Assembly (NCBI GenBank): GCA_963811105.1 | Contig: CAWEPZ010000015.1 | Location: 1-33,697, forward strand | DNA: 33,697 bases | Direction: 5' to 3' | Source: Candidatus Bathyarchaeota archaeon | GTDB lineage: Archaea; Thermoproteota; Bathyarchaeia; Bathyarchaeales; Bathycorpusculaceae | In this document: piece after piece, positions 18,708-27,945 of the stretch | How positions within the stretch are numbered: the first letter of the stretch is position 1 | How the letters are laid out: each line of letters begins with the position of its first letter | The notes under the pieces: model-generated | The model's input: only the letters and a program-made list of their open reading frames with translations | Databases searched by the model: none | Told to the model about the DNA's origin: nothing | Made by a program: the position numbers and the translations under genes

Positions 18708-18953
18708 ATGAAGAGAGAAGAAGCTGTGGCCGTCTATAAGGAAATTATGAGTTTAGCTGAGTTCATGGGGTCAAACGCCTTTAATCTAAAGTTGTCGAAG
18801 ATAGATGACCCAACCTCAGAAGGCTATCAAATATGTATAACAATGGTCTTAGATACCGAAATCAGACAGCAGATAGCAAAAATTGCTAAGAAACATCATT
18901 TAGCTGTAAAAGAGGAGAAAGGCGAAGTAATAATTTTTAAGCCCAAAGCTTAG
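18708..18953 (+). CDS. Small conserved hypothetical protein, same family as 26670..26921
   Basis: Probable start MKREEAVAVYKEI. EGY...I..IAKKHHL...VII pattern shared with 26670..26921. Confidence 0.65.
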   Translation: MKREEAVAVYKEIMSLAEFMGSNAFNLKLSKIDDPTSEGYQICITMVLDTEIRQQIAKIAKKHHLAVKEEKGEVIIFKPKA

Positions 18954-18980
18954 CTTCGCTCTTCTTATTTAGAGTCCAGT

Positions 18981-21900
18981 TTATCGTTTATTTCTTTGGG
19001 GTAAACGTATTATGAAAGTTGTTCCTTTGCCCTCTTGACTCTCAAAAGACACTGTGCCGCCTAAAGCGTCAGTCATGCGCTTGATCACTGATAAGCCAAA
19101 TCCTTGACCTTTCGCTTTAGTTGTAAACATTGGCGTAAACAGTTTGCCCTTTACATGGTCCGGAATGCCGTCGCCTGTATCATTAACAGTTATGACAACA
19201 TCGTTTGATTGTTTGTATGCATTTATTGTTAGTTTACCTCCTTTGGGCATGGCTTGAACTGCATTAGTAACCAAATTGTACAGGATGCGATTTAAGAAAG
19301 TTGAATCAGCCACAACTTTCCTAACATCAGATTCCACTTTGACGATTACTTTAACGTTCTTAGGCAAACTATACTTTCTTAGTAGCTCATCGATTATTAG
19401 TTTTAGGTCGGTTTCTTCTGCATTTGGTTTAAGCGTTCTTGCATAGTCTTGCAGATCGGCAACAATCTTGCTAATGTAATCAACGTTCTCTTCTATTCCA
19501 TCCAAACTTTCTTTAACGTTTTTTTTGTCGTCACTTTCAGGCATTGAAACTATTTCTGACTGCAACAAATAGACATCACTAGTTATTGCTTGCAGAGGAT
19601 TACGAATATCATGACCAACCATGCCAGCAGTAGCGCCTATGGCCGCGAGACGTAGAGTTGCTTCAAGTTTTTTTCTATCATCAATATCGATAAAAGACAA
19701 GACAGCCCCATCTAACCTGTCATCTTGAGTTATGTAAGGTCTAATTTTCATATCAAAATAATGGCCTTGTGCATCCTTCACTTCTTTGGTGATAACGCTT
19801 AGTTTTGATGCGACTTCTGAAATTAATTCGCCTAAGTCTTCAACTATTACGTTCAATTTGATAGTTGTTATTGGCAGGCCAACAGTTGATGGTGAAAGAT
19901 TCAGAATTTTCTGTGCTGAAGGCGAAAATAACCTAATCTTTAAACCCTTATCGATAATAACTATAGCTGGTTCCACGTTTCTATTCAAATTGGTCAAGTC
20001 ATCATTCAACTGGGCAAGGGTTTGATTTCGGTTCTTTACCTCATCATTCAAAGTCTTTAATTCTTCATTGGTAGATTGAAGTTCTTCCTTAGCCGTTTCC
20101 AATTCCTCATTTGTACTCTGCAACTCCTCATTACTCGACTGTGCCTCCTCTATAGTGGTTCTCAATTCTTCATTTGTTGCCTCTTGGGTTTCAACAATTC
20201 TCTGCAAAGTCTGTTTAGTTGAATCCAGCTCTTCCCTGAGATCTTTATTTTGGCGGTCCTTAACGTTTTCCCGGCCTTCAGCAGTGGTATTTAACTCCAT
20301 TGTTTTGCGTAAGAGCGCTGCAGCTGAGCTGACATCTTCAAATAATAACAGGAAAAATGGCGCCACAAACTGTTCAACATGCAACGGAACAACCTGAATG
20401 TTGATTGTTTTCTGATCTCCAGCATATTCAAACCGAACAGCAGTTTCTTTGACAAGTCTATCCTCTTTTCTTGCTCTATAGATTATCGTCTGCACTTCAG
20501 ACCTTAACTCTTTGCGAACAATCTTTGCCAGATTCAAACTCGCCAAACCCGATTCAGGCAAAACATATGGTGCAACATTTCCACGAAAAACCAGAACATC
20601 CAAATCAGAATTAACCAGCAAAGCTGCAGGGACATACTCAGTGACTAGTAAATGGTCAACCTCCTCTTTGAGCACTGAAAGAACATCTGTCTTCTCGCCT
20701 TCTTTGCCCTCTTTACGCTTTAAATAAGGCGCTGATGCTTGCAGACCAAAAGTAACCTTAGCCGGAGCTCTCTTTTTCACATAGATAGGGCCCCTCTTGT
20801 TTACAGGTTCAAATAACTGGGTGAATTTTCCAATGCTTTCAGATTGTCCAAGGACAAGAAAACCACCCATTTTCAATGCGTAATGCAGAGTAGGCACTAC
20901 TCTTTCGTGGAGGACCTCATCAAAGTAGATGAGCATGTTGCGGCAACTGATAAGATCCATATTCGAAAAAGGCGGATCAGCCGTTATATCCTGCTTTGCA
21001 AAAACGCACTTATCTCGAATGGGTTTGGAGATTTGATAGTTGCCATTAGAGCTTTTGAAGAAATGTTTTAGTCGTTTTTCGTTGACGTCGGTTTCTATTG
21101 TTAATGGGTAGATTCCTTTTCTTGCTTTTTCAATGTTTTTTTCGTTTACATCTGTTCCGAAAATTTGAACTTCAAGATCACTTGCGGAGTTTTCTTCGAG
21201 ATATTCCTGAATTGCAATTGCGAACGAATATGCTTCTTCTCCAGTTGAGCAGGCTGGAATCCAAACTCGAATTGGCTCTTTGGGCTGGCGATTTTTGACT
21301 AAACTTGGAAACACTGTTTCTTTGAGTGCAACAAATGTTTCAGGTTCCCTAAAGAAACTCGTTACTCCTATTAGCATATCGTTGAATAATGCTTCCAACT
21401 CGTTTGGATGCGTCCGCAAGAACTTTGTGTAATTATCCATTTTTTCTATGTGGTTAATTACCATTCGGCGTGTGACACGTCGGTTTACAACCGTTTCTTT
21501 GTAGTGTGAAAAATCAATGTTGCAGTTGGATTTTAGCATGGTAAATATTGCGTTTAAGCCTTTTTCCTTCGTTAGTTTTTCTTCCTTTAGTCCGGTTTCA
21601 TCTCTTGTTGCGATTTCCTTTCGTGCTAGGTGAGGATTCTTAGCGATTTTTTGTAACTCTAGTGCAATCTTGTCTGGGGAAAGAACAAAATCCGTTGCTT
21701 CTGCTGAAATTGCGCTTTGGGGCATGTCTCCATATTGGGCTGAATCGGGAGTTTGTGCGAAAGTTATTCCTCCTTGCGCTTTGATTGCTTTTAGTCCTTC
21801 AGTTCCATCAGAGCCTGTGCCTGAAAGCACAATTCCTATGCTTTGACTCTTCAAGTCCTCAGCTAGAGAAACAAAAAAGGTATCAATAGGTTTCAGAGAC

Positions 21901-22202
21901 TTACCCTTCGGGGTAAGTTTGAGAACCTTCTTTTCAATGGTCATTGTTTCTCCGGGTGGAATAACGTAAACATTATCCGGTTCAACGGGCAGTCCATCTT
22001 TGACTACTTGAACAGGAATTTTGGTAAATCTTGAAAGAATTTCGGTCAGCATGCTTTCTTGACCAATGGCCAGATGCTGAATAATAACAAAAGATAAACC
22101 CGTATGGACTGGTAAATATTCGAAGAAAACCTTGAAGGCTTCTAAGCCGCCCGCTGAAGCGCCAATTCCTACCGTAATCAATGATTGTTCAACTTTGGAC
22201 AT
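18981..22202 (-). CDS. cheBR: CheB methylesterase - CheR methyltransferase - coiled coil - PAS - histidine kinase fusion
   Basis: CheB (GIGASAGG, IIQH, LSGTGSDG). CheR (IGVTSFFRE, WIPACSTGEEAYS, GTDVNE, DLISCRNMLIYF). NEELQS heptads, H-box GHDIRNPL, NAVQA, DTGDG and GQGFGL. Confidence 0.95.
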   Translation of the reverse strand: MSKVEQSLITVGIGASAGGLEAFKVFFEYLPVHTGLSFVIIQHLAIGQESMLTEILSRFTKIPVQVVKDGLPVEPDNVYVIPPGETMTIEKKVLKLTPKGKSLKPIDTFFVSLAEDLKSQSIGIVLSGTGSDGTEGLKAIKAQGGITFAQTPDSAQYGDMPQSAISAEATDFVLSPDKIALELQKIAKNPHLARKEIATRDETGLKEEKLTKEKGLNAIFTMLKSNCNIDFSHYKETVVNRRVTRRMVINHIEKMDNYTKFLRTHPNELEALFNDMLIGVTSFFREPETFVALKETVFPSLVKNRQPKEPIRVWIPACSTGEEAYSFAIAIQEYLEENSASDLEVQIFGTDVNEKNIEKARKGIYPLTIETDVNEKRLKHFFKSSNGNYQISKPIRDKCVFAKQDITADPPFSNMDLISCRNMLIYFDEVLHERVVPTLHYALKMGGFLVLGQSESIGKFTQLFEPVNKRGPIYVKKRAPAKVTFGLQASAPYLKRKEGKEGEKTDVLSVLKEEVDHLLVTEYVPAALLVNSDLDVLVFRGNVAPYVLPESGLASLNLAKIVRKELRSEVQTIIYRARKEDRLVKETAVRFEYAGDQKTINIQVVPLHVEQFVAPFFLLLFEDVSSAAALLRKTMELNTTAEGRENVKDRQNKDLREELDSTKQTLQRIVETQEATNEELRTTIEEAQSSNEELQSTNEELETAKEELQSTNEELKTLNDEVKNRNQTLAQLNDDLTNLNRNVEPAIVIIDKGLKIRLFSPSAQKILNLSPSTVGLPITTIKLNVIVEDLGELISEVASKLSVITKEVKDAQGHYFDMKIRPYITQDDRLDGAVLSFIDIDDRKKLEATLRLAAIGATAGMVGHDIRNPLQAITSDVYLLQSEIVSMPESDDKKNVKESLDGIEENVDYISKIVADLQDYARTLKPNAEETDLKLIIDELLRKYSLPKNVKVIVKVESDVRKVVADSTFLNRILYNLVTNAVQAMPKGGKLTINAYKQSNDVVITVNDTGDGIPDHVKGKLFTPMFTTKAKGQGFGLSVIKRMTDALGGTVSFESQEGKGTTFIIRLPQRNKR
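19102..19141. repeat. 40-bp identical block shared by the two adjacent kinase HATPase domains
   Basis: Identical to 22670..22709, within about 650 bp of high similarity (about 18990-19640 vs 22560-23200). Confidence 0.85.
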
Positions 22203-22551
22203 TTAGTAAGCACCTTCTTACAGATTTTGTTTTCGCTTTATCTTTTATTTTTGACAAAACTTACTCTCCCAAGAGTTTGTTTTGTTTTGCCAGGTTAAAG
22301 TAATAATTAATACTTATTATTTGAATAGCAAGTAACTAGTATTAATAGTGCGCGTACTTGGCTTAGATAAAAATGTCAAATGACTCCGTATGATTCAATC
22401 ATTTAACTCAAAATCAATCAATGTTTAGAAAATCGGCTCAACCAGTGTATTATTCGATCTCCTTTTCAGTTTCACCCCAAGGTTAAAGGTACGTTCAAAT
22501 TACGTATCTTGATTTTTCATCCTCCTCATTACTTTTAGGTTCATTTACCGT

Positions 22552-25500
22552 TTATTTCTTAGAAAGAGGTAAACACACCCTGAAAGTCGTTCCTTTGCCT
22601 ACTTCACTTTCAAAAGACACTGTGCCGCCTAACGCTTCAGTCATACGCTTAATCACAGCTAAGCCAAAACCTTGACCTTTCGCTTTAGTTGTAAACATTG
22701 GCGTAAACAACTTGCCTTTTACATCTTCAGGAATACCAACGCCTGTATCCTTAACAGATATGACAGTATCATTTGCTTCTTTGTACGTGCGAATGGTTAG
22801 TTTGCCGCCCTTTGGCATGGCTTGAACAGCATTATTCACCAAATTGTACATTATGCGATTTAAGAAAGTGGAGTCAACTACAACTTTTCCAGCTTCCACC
22901 TTAACACTTACTTTAACATTCTCTGGCAAACCGTTCTTTGACAGCAAGTCATCAATTATACGTTTCAAATCAGTTTCTTCAACATTTGGCTTAAGAGGCC
23001 TTGCAAAATCTTGCAGGTCCTGAACGATTTTGTTAATATAATCAATGTTCTTTTCAATCTCTGTTAGGCTTTCTTGGATGTTCTTTTTCTCTTCCCCTTC
23101 AGGAATTGAATCCAACTCTGTTTTAGCCAAATAAACATCCCCAGTAATAGCCTGGAGCGGGTTACGAATATCATGCCCAACCATACCAGCAGTAGCACCA
23201 ATAGCAGCTAAACGTTCAGCATCCTTCAACTGCGCAGCTCTCTGATTAGCAAGCTCCTCCATTTGAGTAGCATATTCTTCAAGACGAACTGCAGACTCTT
23301 CGAGCTTTAGTTGCATATGAATTCGTTCAGTAATGTCAACATTTGACTCCAACACTTCCACTATTTTGCCATCAGATCCCAATTTCCCCAACCAATAACT
23401 TTGCACAACCAACCTACTTCCATCTTTGCAAATATGGATAATTTCCCCAGACCACTTCCCTTTTGTTTTGAGGTCATTTTGAATCTCCTTCAGCGATTGT
23501 GGCAATTGGGTCTTCAACAACACGTTAACATCTTGCCCTATGGCTTCATCTTTTGTCCAACCATATAGTCTCTCAGCACCTTTACTCCAAAAAGTAATTG
23601 TACCATCAAGCTTCCTAACAATTATTGCATCGGGACTGAGATCAATAAGCTCAGCCTGCCTTGCAGTAGCAACCTCAGCTTTCTTGCGTTCGGTAATATC
23701 AACGAATGCTCCAAGGCAACCACGCACGTTTCCAGCGTCATCAAATAGTGGTTTAGCGTTTCCAATAATCGTAATCTTTCTACCACTAGGAACTACCACT
23801 TCCAACTCAGAATTCTTAATTTCAACGTTCTTTGCCGCTGCCTCCTGCATAGGAAGCTCTTGAGGTATCAACTCTTTTCCATTCCGGAAAAACCGCCTGG
23901 TAGTATCTTGTGCACTTCCACTTGCCGGTCCCGCAGAAACGTTCTCCTCACCCTCTGCTTCATAGAAGGTGTTCGCCGCCTGATTACCGACTATTACTTT
24001 GCATTCTGGGTCCTGGGATACCCAAACAGCGGCAGGAATAATATCCATAAGTTTTCGTAGTTCTTCTGCACGCTGACGAGCGTGTTCCTCACTTTTTTTG
24101 AGTTCTTCTTCAGCTTTCTTGCGCTCAGTGATAATTTGCGTTGTAATCGCAATGCCGTCAGAGATTGGAGTGATGGTAACAAGGAACCAGTCGTCCACTC
24201 TATCCGCTTGGTAGTGGTCTTCAAATTCAATTACATGCCTGGTTTTGAATGCCCGCTTGTACATCGAAAAGAAGTGAGTTTGAGGAAAGGTAGGATAGAC
24301 CTCGGTCATGCGCAGGCCAACTAACTCTTCCGGCTTGCGTCCTGTTAACTTGGCAGCCCTGGCATTTTGGTAGACGAACGTGAAGTCAACCACTTCCCCC
24401 TGATCATTGAAAAACGGTTTGAGAATTGTGAAGCGGTCAAGGGAATTCTCCTGCACAGTCCGGAAGCGTTCTTCTGCTTGTCTTAGTGCTTCTTCGGCTT
24501 TCTTGCGTTCAGTAATGTCTCGGAATATTAGAACAACACCTGTGGTTTTGCCTTCCTTATCTTTTATTGGTGCTCCACTGTCGTCAATTGCAACTTCAGT
24601 CTTGTTCTTCCGAATCAATAACGTATGGTTTGCTAATCCAACAATCAAGCCTTCCGCCAAGACTTTGCTTACAGGATCTTCAACTTCAACTCGGGTCTGT
24701 TCATTAACGATGTTGAAAATATCCTTCACCGGCTTAAGTGAAGCATCACTAAATGTCCAACCCGTCAGTTCTTCAGCCTCGCGATTCATAAATGTGATTT
24801 TACCTGATGTATCTGTGGCTATGACAGCGTCGCCGATGCTTGACAGTGTAGTTACCCAACGCTGCTCACTCTCTTGTAAAGCGGTCTCAGCATTTTTCAT
24901 ATCTGTCAAGTCAACGGTTGCACTTGAAACACCAATTATTTGACCTTTAGAATCACGAAGTGGCGACCAAATTATGTCTAAAAAGATTGAACCAGACGGC
25001 CTATTAAACCACTTTTGCTCACGTAATTCAATGCCTTCTTTCATAACCCTACGCTTGAGGGCTCCTACATATGCAGCTTCTTCGGCGGTGAAAATTTCAC
25101 TGTCCAACTTGCCTATAATTTGCTCAGGTCGAGCCGTCTTTTGATTGTACGCCCAAGTATACCTAAGCTCCAAGTCTTGTGCTGCCACTGATACAGGTGC
25201 GTTTTTAAGTGCAATACGGAACCGCTCTTCACTTTCCATCAATGCCTCTTCATCTTTTTTGCGCTCTGTGATATCGTGCATTGTCTGAATTGCGCCAACT
25301 ATCTCGCCTTTTTCATCTCTTAGAGGTGCGTAACTGTTGCTTGTAAACCAGCGCTTGCCTAAATCGGTTCGTTCAACGATAAATTCTTCATTATTGCCGG
25401 ATTTTCCTTGAAGTGCTTTAGTCGCTGGCCACTCTTCAACAGGCACATAAGTCCCATCAAGCCTGTAAGCCTTAAAAATGGTTCCAAGTGAGCTAATGCT

Positions 25501-26559
25501 TCTCAAAGTTTCCTCCCTGTTCTTAAACTGATTAATGCGACAAAACGCGTCATTGAAGTCAATGACTTTGCCTGTTTTGTCCATAACAAAAACTCCCTCA
25601 TACATGCTGTTGAAGACACTTTCAAGCAAAAGTTTACTTGACAATACTTCTTCTTCGGCTTTCTTCCGGTCGGTAATGTCCTGCCACATTCCAACGAGAC
25701 GTTTTTTTCCATTCACAGTAATAGTTTGGGTAAAGTAGGTTGTATCTATCTTCTTTCCATTTGGAAGAAAGTAAGTTTGTTCATCCTCAACTTCTTTTCC
25801 TTCGTTGAGCAGCTTTAATGTCCGTTCTCGTTTGTTTCTATCGCCATATTCAAGAAAATCAGACATAAAGTGCCCTATTAATTTTTGACGCTCTACACCA
25901 AACAATAGCTCAAATTTAGTATTAACTTCAATTAATTCACCGTCTAATTCCGATATTGCCATCGCTTGTTGATTGCCAAAGAAGGCCTTTGAAAAGCGTT
26001 CCTCACTTTCCTTTAGCGTTTCTTCAGCTTTCTTTTTCTCAGTAATGTCGGTGCCTAAAACTGTAATTCCTTCAGCCGAAGGAAACACTGTCATCCGATA
26101 CCACTCTTTGGTATATTTGCCGCCTATTTCAAAGCGCCTTATTTCTCTTGTTTCCATTGTGGCACGAAAGTTCTCTTCAAGAATAGTGCCTAAATGTTTT
26201 GGAAACATCTTCCAAATATTTTGTCCCACAAAATCTTTAGGCTCCTTTCCTATTCTGCCCGTGAATCGTTTGCTCGCAAAAACAAAATTCCAGTTACGGT
26301 CAAGCACATAAAAGTCATCTTGGATGCTGTCTAAAATCTCAGTAATAGTTTGGTAACTAAGTTCACTTTGCTTGCCTTTCGCAATCGTTTGCTCATTATC
26401 ATTTTCTTTGTTTGTAGGCAAAGAAACACCGCAAGTCCCAAAAGGTTTTACTTTACTTTTCACAGGTAAGAAATAAAAGCATTCCCTAACTAGGAGTTTC
26501 ACGCTAACGAATTGTTTCATTGATAAGTCGTAAATCACTCTTTTTCTGAATTGTTCCAT
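22552..26559 (-). CDS. Cytoplasmic multi-PAS (8x) sensor histidine kinase
   Basis: Eight PAS/PAC repeats, H-box GHDIRNPL, NAVQA, DTGVG and GQGFGL; no TM helix. True start possibly TTG 26421. Confidence 0.93.
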   Translation of the reverse strand: MEQFRKRVIYDLSMKQFVSVKLLVRECFYFLPVKSKVKPFGTCGVSLPTNKENDNEQTIAKGKQSELSYQTITEILDSIQDDFYVLDRNWNFVFASKRFTGRIGKEPKDFVGQNIWKMFPKHLGTILEENFRATMETREIRRFEIGGKYTKEWYRMTVFPSAEGITVLGTDITEKKKAEETLKESEERFSKAFFGNQQAMAISELDGELIEVNTKFELLFGVERQKLIGHFMSDFLEYGDRNKRERTLKLLNEGKEVEDEQTYFLPNGKKIDTTYFTQTITVNGKKRLVGMWQDITDRKKAEEEVLSSKLLLESVFNSMYEGVFVMDKTGKVIDFNDAFCRINQFKNREETLRSISSLGTIFKAYRLDGTYVPVEEWPATKALQGKSGNNEEFIVERTDLGKRWFTSNSYAPLRDEKGEIVGAIQTMHDITERKKDEEALMESEERFRIALKNAPVSVAAQDLELRYTWAYNQKTARPEQIIGKLDSEIFTAEEAAYVGALKRRVMKEGIELREQKWFNRPSGSIFLDIIWSPLRDSKGQIIGVSSATVDLTDMKNAETALQESEQRWVTTLSSIGDAVIATDTSGKITFMNREAEELTGWTFSDASLKPVKDIFNIVNEQTRVEVEDPVSKVLAEGLIVGLANHTLLIRKNKTEVAIDDSGAPIKDKEGKTTGVVLIFRDITERKKAEEALRQAEERFRTVQENSLDRFTILKPFFNDQGEVVDFTFVYQNARAAKLTGRKPEELVGLRMTEVYPTFPQTHFFSMYKRAFKTRHVIEFEDHYQADRVDDWFLVTITPISDGIAITTQIITERKKAEEELKKSEEHARQRAEELRKLMDIIPAAVWVSQDPECKVIVGNQAANTFYEAEGEENVSAGPASGSAQDTTRRFFRNGKELIPQELPMQEAAAKNVEIKNSELEVVVPSGRKITIIGNAKPLFDDAGNVRGCLGAFVDITERKKAEVATARQAELIDLSPDAIIVRKLDGTITFWSKGAERLYGWTKDEAIGQDVNVLLKTQLPQSLKEIQNDLKTKGKWSGEIIHICKDGSRLVVQSYWLGKLGSDGKIVEVLESNVDITERIHMQLKLEESAVRLEEYATQMEELANQRAAQLKDAERLAAIGATAGMVGHDIRNPLQAITGDVYLAKTELDSIPEGEEKKNIQESLTEIEKNIDYINKIVQDLQDFARPLKPNVEETDLKRIIDDLLSKNGLPENVKVSVKVEAGKVVVDSTFLNRIMYNLVNNAVQAMPKGGKLTIRTYKEANDTVISVKDTGVGIPEDVKGKLFTPMFTTKAKGQGFGLAVIKRMTEALGGTVSFESEVGKGTTFRVCLPLSKK

Positions 26560-26669
26560 GCCTCAAAGGTGAAACTGGTTAGTGCCCAATGCCAGCCTCT
26601 TTTTGTAGTAACAAGCCCCACAAGCACCATGTATTGCCGACATAAAGAAGTAGGAAATTCATTAGTCAT

Positions 26670-26921
26670 TTATCGTTGAGCAACTTGGCAGAGGGTGCTG
26701 ATAATCAAGTAGTCTTGGCCTTGATCTATTCTTAATTTATGGTTCTTAGTATAATCTTCCAGCTGGTTGAAGATTGGTTCCTTAGACGAAGATGCATCAG
26801 CTAGAACTACATAGCCCTCTGTTTCAATATCACAAATCCCCCACTCATAAAATCCTTTAAATATTTTTGGATGACAAGCAGGAAATTTCTTTACAAGCTC
26901 TACTGCATCAGCAAAATCCAT
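26670..26921 (-). CDS. Small conserved hypothetical protein
   Basis: 83 aa; has an inverted paralogue at 13720..13957 with a conserved promoter. Confidence 0.75.
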   Translation of the reverse strand: MDFADAVELVKKFPACHPKIFKGFYEWGICDIETEGYVVLADASSSKEPIFNQLEDYTKNHKLRIDQGQDYLIISTLCQVAQR

Positions 26922-26961
26922 GAAACCTAACCTAGAATAAATAAAATCTTGTGCAATGAAT

Positions 26962-26981
26962 CTCTTAAAGAATTGTGGGTA
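26962..26981 (-). promoter_or_regulatory. Promoter: CCACAA-N3-TTTAAG
   Basis: Minus strand TACCCACAATTCTTTAAGAG, matching 13659..13678 at 19 of 20 positions. Confidence 0.55.
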
Positions 26982-27286
26982 ACAACAAGCAACAACTTTC
27001 CTAATGGCAAACTTTCTCAGCAGGGGAGTCTTTGGAGGAGCAAAACCCCGCAGAATTTGAGAAAAAACAATTTAATGATCATTTTAGCAAAAAAAAATTT
27101 AAACCAATAATAAGTGCAAAAAACAATCCTTTATTCTGGATTTGTAAACATGATTTTTGAAACCTTCAAGTGTCCAATTTGCAGCTCATACCTATCAGAC
27201 CCTGAACAACTTAGATTACATCGAATGAAAGAACACAAAGGTCGATCAACAAAAATCAGCATTGATTCAACACTTTTATAACTCAA

Positions 27287-27568
27287 TTATTCAACCGGGA
27301 ACAAGGTCTCAAATTTGTTGTAGAAAGTGTCTTTGTCTTCTTTGACAAACTGCAAAAGAAAATTAGCCCACTCAAAACTCTGCTTAGACTTATTCGCCCG
27401 AGCAGCACCCTGAAAATAATAACTGTGGGTTTCATCCAGGCCAGAAAACTTTACCCAATCAGCATACCTAGACTCGCCAAGCTTAGAATCTTTGCTATAG
27501 TGTGCCAAAAAAGCTGAGTGAATCTTCTTGAAATCAGCGTGCCGTCTGCCTTCATAAGACATGCTCAA
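27287..27568 (-). pseudogene. Truncated second copy of the prohead protease gene (N-terminal domain only)
   Basis: Highly similar to residues 1-90 of 12540..13262. Stops at LFPVE*, before the catalytic His and Ser. Confidence 0.85.
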
Positions 27569-27600
27569 TTAGATAAGAACAAACTACACTAATGGCTTAT

Positions 27601-27616
27601 TGTCGTAAATACGACA
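27601..27616. promoter_or_regulatory. Operator-like palindrome TGTCGTA-AA-TACGACA
   Basis: Perfect 7-bp inverted repeat 33-48 nt upstream of the truncated protease copy. Confidence 0.4.
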
Positions 27617-27945
27617 GCACTCAATTGATTAATCTGAAGATCTTGATAATCATCTTTTAGAAAGAATCAAGATTGAAAAAAGACAGACCAGTGATATATT
27701 AACTAGTGAAGAGGCTTTGTTGTTTGCAAAGTACCTAAGGAAAGAAAGGCGAGAATGGATTCCGACACCTCCAAAACTCTAACTTTTCGCGCGCTTCTCC
27801 TAGTTCAATTCAAGCTTGCTCGCTAAAGTTGAGAAGCTTAATTCAATTTGTTAGTTATATAATTACCCAAAAAAAATATATCTTTAATTTCCAATGGAAA
27901 GATATGCTTGACGTTAATCGTAAGTTAGTTTAGGAGCTTTCAAAA

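Noticed and set aside
20030-20190. Tandem repeat or CRISPR-like array
   Set aside because: These are the coding heptads of the CheBR coiled coil; no repeat-spacer array or cas gene is seen in the window.
13033-27397. 68-bp identical repeat as attL/attR
   Set aside because: It lies inside a longer diverged coding duplication, with no integrase or tRNA adjacent.
12993-27626. Protease repeat pair as DGR template/variable repeats
   Set aside because: Differences are not adenine-specific and are largely synonymous, and no reverse transcriptase is present.
27633-27782. Short plus-strand frame SEDLDNHLLERIK...WIPTPPKL
   Set aside because: No proper start codon and no recognisable family; possibly a gene remnant but not supportable.
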